Source: the human T2T-CHM13v2.0 reference genome, Homo sapiens
NCBI RefSeq assembly: GCF_009914755.1
Contig: NC_060929.1
Length of the DNA: 64,000 nt
Direction: 5' to 3' (one strand)
Shown: positions 54,451 to 64,000 of the stretch, one piece after another
Layout of the letters: every line of letters begins with the position of its first letter
How positions within the stretch are numbered: the stretch's first letter is position 1
Position numbers and translations under genes: made by a program
Notes under the pieces: model-generated
Told to the model about the DNA's origin: nothing
Seen by the model: only the letters and a program-made list of their open reading frames with translations
The model's database searches: none

Positions 54451-57400
54451 AGAACAGGTTCAGATTGTCTAATACCAGAAAGCAGAATTGGAGCAAATGG
54501 CACAAATTGGCAGGTTCTCCAATATAATCTCAGAAGGGATTAACTAACCATCCAAAGTAACCACCATAAGTGTGCTGCCTGCCCTACAGTGAGCTCTCTG
54601 TGCTTGCAGGCATTCACATGCAGATGAGGTGGGTGCTTGCTAGAGATGCTGCAGTTGTGTTAGAAACTTAACTTCATCCCCCAAGATGCTGTGAAACACG
54701 TGAACGGATGTAACAATGCAGGGTGGTCTTGGTCTTTGGTTGAGTTTCTTTTTATTTAAAAGACATTCATTGGGCATCTACTTTGCACAAAAACTCTGCG
54801 CTCTGCCCAGAGGGCATGAATAGGTGAGAGGGGTGGAGTCTCTGTCCTTACAGAGGCAAACATTTTGATGAGGAGATAAACACACATGGTGTGAAAGAGT
54901 GAATCAAGTCAAAGAAAAGTACAGAGAATGTGAGTGAGGACACCTGGAGCTCAAAACCTTGAGCTTTTACCCTGGAGTGTGAGTGCTGTGTGCTTCCCCA
55001 TTATTCTGGAGTCAAGGTTTATGAGAGGAAAAGGAATTCTACTGGGCTTTGGAGCAGGAAGGACATTGTAGGTACCAGAGTGAGCTAGACATGAAATGTG
55101 TTCTCAAATTGGAGACATATGGACCCTATAAAAATATTTTGACCATCTAAAGTTGACATAAACTTTTTTTTAATCATAAAGCTATTTAAATACAGACAAA
55201 ACTGAGGATAAATTTCTTAGGATTATGGTATAGCATATTTATAAATTATATATATACTAAACCATGAAACTAAGAACATTCATGTTTAATTTAATTTAAT
55301 TTGATTTGATGGGTGTTTTTCTGAACCTAAATTGCTAATAATAGACTTAAGAATGAAGTTTAGACATCAATTTGCCAAGTGTTGTTGAAGTAAATGGAAG
55401 AACTAAAATTCTTCAGGTTATTGGCCTGCAAAGTCCTGTTCTTGCTCATCAAGGCAAGGACTAGTAAAAGAAGCAACTCCTAAAGTAGAATAGGAGAATA
55501 ATCCTAGTATTAAGGAGTGTGGCAAATCTGTTGCCTCCTGCCATCCTTGGCATGTGCCTACTAGCAGGTAAGTCATGGGGCTAGTCCACAGAACTAGTGA
55601 GATAAAAGCTAAACTCCCAAATCTGTGTTACAGCAAAGGGGGGAGGGGAAGCTGATTAGCTTAATGCAATCATGAACACATCCAATATTAATGTGGGCTT
55701 AAAGAGGTTTGCAGTTAATATTGCAGAAATACATATTGAAAAAGAATAATGAACCTCTAATTACATAAGGCTTGGGTCTTATTTCTTGGAATAACGAAAA
55801 TGATCAGATGAGGATTTTTAGTGAATATTGACTGGGAACGTTTACAAAATAATAACAACCATTGTAATCATTGTGAGTGAAGGCTGTCTTGAATCCATTG
55901 AAAAACAACATGAGGCTACTTTAAAAAGTTATAAGTTATTTACAACAATATTTTTCTGCTATTGCACAGAATGTCATTGTTCAGAATTTTCTACAGGTTG
56001 ACTTTGACACTAAGACAGATAATGGATTTTTTACCCTTCTGCCTAAAACTTTTCCGACCAATAATCTTAATTGACCTCTACTGTCTACCTCATGGCAGGA
56101 ACCTGTCAACATTAAGAAAGAAATACAAGGTTTATTATGATTGCCCTCTTAAAATCCTGCTGCAAAGGACACTATTTTTACTTTATTGTTTTTCGTCCGA
56201 ATTTCTTTGTTTTCCTTTCTTAGTAAGAAGGGCAGCTAGTCACTCTAATGTTTTGTGGCTGCCTGAAAATGTACTGTGAGCCATACTGAGGTTATCATAA
56301 CTTGGATAAAACATTGGCAATATCCCCTATTCAGCTCTTGAAGGAAGTGCCTTGTTTTATTTGCTAAGGGAAGTCTGAAAAAGGGAAAAACACAGTTCTC
56401 ACAAATAAAACACAGATTGTACAGATGGTAGTAAAATATGTCTTCAGTCTACACAAGAATCATTTTACCTGCAGCAGGAGAAACAAGTAAGGCTGGGAGA
56501 CATCATAACTGCAGTGGTTGTAAAACAAGGCTGTCTTTGGATTTCATTACTAAAGATGAAAATAAAATCATAGAGGTGTAAAAATTGAGAAAACTGTCAA
56601 AAAGCACCCCACACCTCTCATCTTAAAATCCATGATCTCCTTAGAAAGTTCTTTCATTTCTTCAAGGAACTGATAAATCCTAGGGCCTATAAACTGTTCC
56701 AGGGCAGAAAGAAATAAGCTTTCCTCTTCTAACCTGATGTCAGCTTAACCCTCTTGCCAACAGGGCAACCACAAATGGGAAAACTACCCAATCCAATCCA
56801 GCTTGAACCATAAAAGCAAACGTCTTTAATACAGTGTCAGCAGATAAATAGGTGTGTATTTTTAAAAGTAATATTCAAAGGTCAGGTTCCAGGAATGTAA
56901 GGATGGTTTAACATGAAAAAATCTATTAATATAGTATGCTCTTTTAATAGATCAAATGATGAAAAATCATATGATTGTCTTTATACATCAAAAGATAATA
57001 TTTAACACATATGCAAGGCTAACAAGTCTTATTAAAATAGATGGAAAGATGCCTTGTAGTAAGATATGAGATAAAAACCACAATACATTCATGTTATATA
57101 TATATGTCTGTCACATGTGTGCATACATCATACTCCACATCTCTAAGTCACATATGTCTTATCACTGCATTGAAACAATAGCCAATGTCATGTTCGATGG
57201 TGCAATATGTGAATAGAGGACTTTTCTCAACAGCATCTAACATTGTTCTGGAAATGCTATAATAAAATTAGGAAAAAATCAGAATCAGAGTGTTATACTG
57301 TGGTAAGACAAAGACAGTTTATATTTTCAGATAATATGTTTACTACCAGGAAAACCCAACAAAATCCAGTGGAAAAACTCTTAGAAACAACAGAAAAACT

Positions 57401-57668
57401 AAGTAAGCCATCTGGTTACAATATGAGCATACAAAAAGCAATAATGTTTTTACTTATAAATTAGTATATTTCAGACATATAGAACAAAATAAGAAAACCA
57501 TAGAAACACTTGTGGACCCACTATCCAGTTTAAGAAATTAAACATTGCCACTGCAGTTGAAGCCCTGCATGTTCTTCTCCTGATCACATTCTTCCCTTAG
57601 AGGTAAATCCTTATTGTGAATTTGGTGTTGATCATTTTCATGCACTTTTTAATACATTTTAAAATATG

Positions 57669-58334
57669 AGCTAGGCATGGTGGCTTACACCTGTAATCCC
57701 AGCATTTTGGGGGGCTGAGGTGGTAGGATCACTTGAGGCCAGGAGTTTGAGACCATTCCTGGTGATATGGTTTGGCTGCGTCTCCACCCAAATCACATCT
57801 TGAATTGTAGCTCCCATAATTCCCACACCTTGTGGGAGGGACCTGGTGGGAGATAACTGAATCATGGAGGCAGTTTCCCCCATACTGTTCTCATGGTAGT
57901 GAATAAGTCTCATAAGATGTGATGGTTTTATAAGGGGAAACCCCTCTTGCTTAGCTCTCATTCTCTCTTGCCTGCCCCCATGTAAGAAGTGTCTTTTGCT
58001 TTCTTCCATGATTGTGAGGCCTCCCCAGCCACGCGGAACTGTGAGTCCATTAAACCTCTTTTTCTTTATAAATTACCCATTCTCAGGTATGTCTTTATCA
58101 GTAGCATGAAAACAGACTAATACACCCGGCAACATAGCAAGGCCCTGTCTCTACAAAAATAAAAAAGATACAAAAAACAAAATTATCCAGAAGTGATGGA
58201 GCACAACTGGGAGGCTGAGGCCAGAGGATCACTTGAGCCCAGAAGTTCCGAGTTGCAGTGAGCTATGATCATGCCACTGCATTCCAGCCTGGGTGACAGA
58301 GTGAGTCCCTATCTCAGAAAAACAATAAATAAAA
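57669..58334 (+). mobile_element. AluJ split by THE1 (pieces 57669-57762 and 58125-58334)
   Basis: J diagnostics caacatagcaagg, ggatcacttgagccc, gagctatgatc. Confidence 0.9.
57763..58124 (+). mobile_element. THE1B-like solo LTR
   Basis: tgatatggtttggctg...gactaataca; 362 bp; TSD cctgg/cccgg. Confidence 0.95.
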
Positions 58335-58997
58335 TTTTCAAAAATGTATGTCTTCTTAAATTTCATTGGCTGTTTGGCTGCTGTCTCAAGGAAATGGCAT
58401 TCTACTGGAAGGGTTCTTTGTTGGCCCACCTGTTTCAATCAGCACTGAATTTGTGGGATTCACCTGAGTGGGTGCGTGGGGCTCTAGCCATCATTGCCTT
58501 ACTATGAATTATTATAGTGCATGAATAGAGCTCTATTTATCCCATTGTTTGCTGTCATGAGCATTCATATATATATCTCTTTGTCTCAAGTGTTTCTCCA
58601 GATCCCAGGGATCTAGAGTACGTACCAGGGACTGAAGAGAATCCCATATCTTCTCTTTTCCAGACAGAACCCACAGCTCTGAATTCATGTTCCAACCAGC
58701 AGTGCACACAAGCTCTCACAGCCTCACACCCGCCCCCAAACACTTGCTCTTGACAATCAACATTTTACGATACCAACAATAAATATGCAGAAAGTATAAT
58801 GAAAATAGAAGATTCCATTTGCAAATGCAGTGATAAAAGTTTTAGAAATAAAATTAGCAAATGTGGTATAGAATTTATGTGAAGAAAACAAAAACTTTTC
58901 TTTAAAGACTATAAACAAAGACTTGAGGAAATAAAAAGTGATACATTTTCCTTAGGTACAAAGACTCTAAATTGAAAATATAAAATTTTAAATCTTA

Positions 58998-59107
58998 TCT
59001 TAAACAATCATGGCTACTTTCCCATATACATATTTTTTTCTGTTGCACTTTTCATAAGTATAACAGAGAAAAAATATATATGGGAAAGTAGCCATGACTG
59101 TTAAAGA
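58998..59107. repeat. Long imperfect inverted repeat (about 50-bp arms, 5-nt loop)
   Basis: tcatggctactttcccatata (59008-59028) is the exact reverse complement of 59077-59097, and pairing extends both ways. Confidence 0.93.
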
Positions 59108-59209
59108 AATGGGAAAGAGGGTGAAACAAGTACAACCAGATACTAAGTTATTTTATTACACACTCAAAACAGTACAGTGCTCATGCAAGAAAATGAGACT
59201 GGCCACTGA

Positions 59210-59348
59210 AACCAAGTGTGGTGGCTCTCACCTGTAGTCACAGCTACTGGGGAGGCTGAGGAGGGAGGATTTCTTGCACCCAGGTGTTTGAGGCAAGCCT
59301 GGGCAACATAGTGAGATGCCCCATCTCTAAAAACAAACAAACAAAAAA
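59210..59348 (+). mobile_element. Free Alu monomer (FLAM-like)
   Basis: Single arm cctgtagtcacagctact...gcctgggcaacatagtgaga with (AAAC) tail. Confidence 0.85.
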
Positions 59349-60029
59349 GATTGATTACTGAAGTGGTCACTCTAGAAAAAACCTCAAGTATAAAATAAAT
59401 TTAAAAAGTGGCGTCTCAAATCATTGGGAAAAAGATATATTTTATAAATGTATTGGGTTTTTGGCTAATAACTTAGAAAAAAACAAATCTGAATTCTTAC
59501 CTTACGATGTATACACACAAAATTCAGGGTAATTAAATACTTTAATTTAAAAAATAAAATTAAAATGATTGAATAAACTTCTCAGTGATTATGTCTATGA
59601 TATTGGGCACAAAACCAGAAACCACCACGGAGAGATTTGACTACACCAAAATGCAAATCTTTGGTTCAATGACAAAATCTATACATATAAAGAAAAATAA
59701 ACTAGAAAAAATATTATAAGGATAGTCTAGACATAAGAGTTGCTATCAATATAAGAAAAAGACATATCTCAATAGAAAAACAAGTACACAAACAAGCAAT
59801 TTGTAAAAGAAGAAATATAACACCATCAGTAATTAAAATGCATATTAAAGCAATAATAAGATACCCAGGATGGCTGGATTGTGGTAAATAAGCAATAACA
59901 AATCATGACACATTTTTGGAGGGAAATTTGTATATATTTCAAAAGTCAAATTGTACATAACTTTTGACCCAGAAACTCTATTTCTAGAAATTCATCACCA
60001 GGGAAATAGAGACAGGGAAAAATGTGTGG

Positions 60030-60260
60030 GCAGCAGCGGGTGGTATAAGAGTCCGCACAGGAAACCAGATAAGCCTGGGTCTGAATCTCAGCCCAGTGAC
60101 TTTCTAAGCCTTGGCCTTCTCATAAGTATAACAAAATAATTAATCACGCCTCTTAGAGTTGTTGTGGGAATTAAATGAAGCAATGTGCTTTGAGTGCTTA
60201 ACAAAACACCTGACATATTATAAGTACTCTAAATTTTCACTACTATCATTGTCATTACTA
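60030..60260 (+). mobile_element. MIR
   Basis: cctgggtctgaatctcagc...gagttgttgtgggaattaaatga...gtgcttaacaaaacacctgacata. Confidence 0.8.
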
Positions 60261-60338
60261 TTAAGGTCTATCTATAGATAGGCACATTGCATTAATAGTA
60301 ATGACAATGACAGTAGTGAAATTGTCATTACTATTAAG
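60235..60338. repeat. Inverted repeat (30-bp arms) plus a third direct copy
   Basis: 60235-60264 vs 60292-60321 pair at 29/30; 60248-60265 is repeated at 60321-60338. Confidence 0.95.
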
Positions 60339-60764
60339 TAATACAGCCCTTTAGTCATTGAAATGATGATGCAAAATCAAGTCTACTGACACAGCAAGAT
60401 GCCTAAGATATAGTATTAAATGAAAATGCAATTGATATACAGCATTTTAATATAATTATATTTCTGAGCTCTCTCTCTATATATATATATATGTATGTAT
60501 ACTCTTGCTACCTCAGGATCAAGAGTGCTGGCCAGTAGCTACTTAATGTAAATCTGTGTAAGTGGTCACATAAGTTCTGTAGTTAAAAAAAGAAAGTAAA
60601 GAAGAAAGAAATGTTTATCTTGAAGATTTAAATAAAATCTTTTGAGAAATTTTATATTTTATCCTTAGCAAACTTTAAGATTATGACTAAGTACTAATTA
60701 TTAAAATAAATGCATAATAAACTCTGTTGATCAATTTTTGATATATTTTTTCTTCTAAAATGTG

Positions 60765-61630
60765 TATGAACAACTATTAAGCACCTACGGTGTGCAGGCA
60801 CTTTGCAGATACTGAGGACAGCAAAGAATGAACAAAATAAATGCTTACCCATGTGGAGCTCAGTTTCTAGAGGGGAAGACAGATGAAGCAAATCAGCAGA
60901 CGTAAGTGCTTGAGGCACTGTAGATGTAGGTGAAGAATATTGAGAGCTGGTGGGAAGGGACACGCTCTCTGAAGGGGAAGCAGAGGGAGGACCTTTGGGA
61001 AGTGGGTATGGATCCCTAGGGGAAGAGAGCTCTAGGCAAGGGAACAAGTGGTGCAAAGACCATGAGCTAGGGTCATGCCTGACGTGCTTCAGGAACAGCA
61101 GTAGGGCCCATAAGGCTGGACCAGATCTGCGGAGACAGACAGGAACACGTGCAGCAAACTGAGGAGGAGCCTGCAAGGAAAGGAAAGTCAAGAGGATTGG
61201 TCACCTGGACACCAAGTGAAAGAAGCGTTTCAGGAAGCAGAGAGATAACTTAGTGCTGAGAGGTCAAATCCTCAAGAACTGAGAAAAACCATTGCATTGG
61301 CAACCTGGAGGTCACTGGACAAGGGCAGCTTCCCTGGAGAGGTGGCAAAGAAAGCATTCTTGCAGTGAGAGAGGACTTGGCGACAAGAGCAGATAATTCA
61401 TTTAATGAGTTTTCCCATCAAGAGGAGCAGAAAGATGAGAAAGAAGTTAGGGATCAGAGTGGGTTAAGAAAAGGGTTCTTATTTGGCTATTGGAGAAATG
61501 GCAGCCTGTTTGAGTGACAGTGAAGGGAATGATCTGGTAGAGAAGGAAATGGACGAAGTCAGAAGAGAACAGGGCTGGAGTCAGGCCCAGGAGCAGTGAG
61601 AGGGATCAGATCCAGGGCCCGATGTCAGCT
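60765..61630 (-). mobile_element. L2 remnant
   Basis: tattaagcacctacggtgtgcaggcact...ggagctcagtttctag...caacctggaggtcactg. Confidence 0.8.
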
Positions 61631-62204
61631 GGCCTTGGCATCAACAGTTCACCTACCTACCACATTCCTCCCCACCCTGGCTTTACAACAGGTGATAAAA
61701 TAGGCCCCCAAAAGGCCCCCCTGGGGCACCCAAAAAACTTTCATTGCCCAGGCCACACCACGGATCATTCAAATAAGTGCATTGCCTTAATGAAGGTCAT
61801 CTTTTGACAAATTTCCAGTTTTCCTTTAGTGTCAATTTATATTTTATTTGACTCTGTCACCATCAGTGAGAGACTACCTAGCTACGATTCTCAATTTATG
61901 GATAGCGTTCACTGGGGAGGGAGGCTCAGTGAGCATCCGTCTCTCTCTCCCCTTCTTTCTTATAACTATGATTTACTAACATAAAAGTTTCTAACACGTG
62001 GCAGACATTTAATACATTTACTAAATCAAAATAAAACAAATAAAAAAATGGTTGGAAACAGCTAAACTTAAAAGGACACTTCTCTCCCCTTCCAGGCATC
62101 CATGGATGTGTCCCAAACCAAAGTGATGGAAATAAACCAGATTTCAAACTTGGGATATTCCTGATGATTCCAGGGAAGATAACAAAACCCAGACTTTGGC
62201 ATCA

Positions 62205-62310
62205 GTTTTTAGTTCTGGAGTCCAAGGTCAAGGCACCAATAGATTCAGTGTCTGGGGCGGGCCCATTCCTCATAGACAATGGCTTCTATGTGTCCTCATG
62301 TGGCGGAAAG
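62205..62310 (-). mobile_element. MLT1A-like LTR fragment
   Basis: agttctggagtccaaggtcaaggcaccaatagattcagtgtctgg...tgtgtcctcatgtggcggaa. Confidence 0.75.
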
Positions 62311-62418
62311 CAGTGATCATTTGCATACTTAATGCCCAGATATTTTCACATGGTAGAAAGCAGTGATCATTTGCATACTTAATGCCCAGATATTTTTCAC
62401 ATGGTAGAAAACAGTGAT
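62306..62418 (+). repeat. 50-bp tandem duplication (2.2 copies)
   Basis: 62306-62355 and 62356-62406 differ only by one T in a T run. Confidence 0.95.
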
Positions 62419-62564
62419 AGTGGGCATTTCCTTTGCTGATTTTGTTGTTCTTGCTAGTTATAATATTTGCTTTCTTTTAAAATGTTGATTATAAGCACTC
62501 AGATAATAAACTAGCAAAAAATATATAGGAAGTCTAGAAGGCAATATACTACATTAACTTTTTT

Positions 62565-62920
62565 ATTTAGCCTTAAAAAGAAAGGAATTTCTGATATATG
62601 CTACAATGTGGATAAACTTTGAGGATATTATATTAGATGAAATGAGCCAGTCACAAAAAGAAAAATACCAGATGATTCCATCTATGTGAAGTATCCAGAG
62701 TGGTCAAACTCATAGAAACAGAAAGGAAAATTGTGGTTGCCAGAGACTAGGGAGAGAGAGAAATGGGGATTGTGTTTAATGGGTGCAGAGTTTCAGATTT
62801 AAGGCGAGAAAGTGCTGGAGATTGGTTGCCCAGCAATGTGAATACACTCAATACTACTTAACACTTAAAATGGGTTAGGATAAATTTTATGTGTATTTTA
62901 TCACTATAAAAAATTTTAAA
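62565..62920 (+). mobile_element. L1MB-like 3' end
   Basis: tatgctacaatgtggataaactttgagga...gagccagtcacaaaaag...cacttaaaatgg. Confidence 0.88.
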
Positions 62921-63172
62921 AAGAAAGAAGGAAAATATGAGATAAAGAGAGAAGAAAGAGAAAGAAAGAAAAAAGAGAGAGAGAAAAAAAGAAAGAAAGA
63001 GAGAAAGGAAGGGAGGGAGAGCAGGAAAGAAAAGGAAGGAAGGAAGGAAAGAAGGAAGGAAGTGAGGGAAAGAAGGAAGGAAGGGAGGGAGGGAAGGAAA
63101 GAAGGGAGGGAGGGAGGGAAGGAAAAGAGGGAGGGAGGGAGGAAGGAAGGAAGGAAGGAAGGAAGGAAGGAG
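62917..63172 (+). repeat. Polypurine (GAAA/GGAA/GGGA)n tract grown from the L1 tail
   Basis: About 255 bp almost purely A/G; (GGAA)7 at 63141-63168. Confidence 0.95.
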
Positions 63173-64000
63173 ACTGTTACCAGGCTTTGTTTCAGGGCTG
63201 TAAGAGCTTGAAGATTGCGTGGACATTGGAATGAGGGAATACCATGTCCTCTGAAAGTCATGTTTAGCTCTCTGGATCTGTAAAACGTTAGGATTCCTTC
63301 CTCACACTTGCAAAAAATTTAATTATTGAAAAAGGGTTTTATAACATGATTTGCAGCCTCTGTTTTGGGTTTAGACCAAGAGTACTATGAAAGCCTCATA
63401 TAAATACAAGTTTTAACATTTTGGCTAGTTGAGTCTGAGGAAAAAAATGAATTTTTTGGATTCACTTTCAATACAATCTATTTTTCCAGTCTCTAGTTTA
63501 CAGTGTGATTCATTTCAAAAGGGATCTATTTAAGGCAATGGGGCTTTAAGCAGGACTTGCATAAAATGAAGCCGCTGCTTCTAATTCATCATTCAGGAAC
63601 CCAAACTTTGTAATTATGTGGCCAACCATTTACAATCATGACTCAGCCGGTCGTGAATCTAAATAGAATGGCTCACCCACTGCAATTACGTAAGTTCCCC
63701 TTATCAGGCAGGTTGACAGTCCTCATTGCTGGCTTTCTGTCAACTTTTACAGGAGACTTCTCTTTGAGATGTGCAGCTGTACCTCCAGGCTCCCCAGTCA
63801 GCTTGATAACTCCGGCAAGGACAGGGGGGTCACCTGAGGACTGGAATCCTGGGGGTCTCTTCATCTAGGCATGAGGATGAGACTCCAACTGCTCCATCCC
63901 CCTCACACCCCATCACGATACTTGAAGTATAGACATTATTCAGCCACTGCTTTTTGATCTCAAGAGGCCACATCTTCAGTGTGGTATATATCTGAATTAC

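Larger units (their letters stand above)
57465..58766 (-). mobile_element. Old L1 (L1ME-like) 3' fragment inserted antisense, itself split by AluJ
   Basis: cccactatccagtttaagaaattaaacatt...; ttccaaccagcagtgcaca...caaacacttg. Confidence 0.6.
56680..60010 (+). mobile_element. Ancient L1M ORF2 remnant (RT to 3' end), multiply interrupted
   Basis: ORF 57243-57464 FIFSDNM...KLLE...SKPSGYNMSIQKA resembles L1 ORF2 LFADDM...SKVSGYKINVQKS; resumes near 58767. Confidence 0.8.

Noticed and set aside
62858-63261. Low-complexity ORFs (LPSF- and RKEG-rich)
   Set aside because: Translations of the GGAA/GAAA simple repeat

Overview
This 64-kb window is primate (very likely human) nuclear DNA, intergenic or deep intronic, and I find no supportable protein-coding gene. 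The ORFs in the track come from repeats (Alu, L1, LTR, microsatellites) or are chance frames. The window is a dense fossil record of mobile elements: about a dozen Alu copies or monomers, about 20 solo LTRs (MaLR THE1/MST/MLT1, ERVL MLT2/LTR16, ERV1 MER4-group), several L1 and L2 remnants, MIRs and DNA-transposon MITEs (MER5, MER20, MER58, Tigger2a). Many have readable target-site duplications (TSDs) and several are nested. Subfamily names are recalled from consensus sequences and were not computed. I see no new multi-gene system. The most notable signals are small: two locally generated hairpins 1.1 kb apart (58998-59107 and a forward-inverted-forward micro-triplication at 60235-60338) plus a template-switch scar in an Alu; an apparently permuted L1 fragment whose junction was re-copied 3 kb away; a 1.5-mer Alu under one TSD; a four-level nest (L1>L1>AluJ>THE1); two same-orientation CTCF motifs; a recursive-splice or microexon-like motif at 32.8 kb; and several short tandem duplications, one of which doubles an octamer site.
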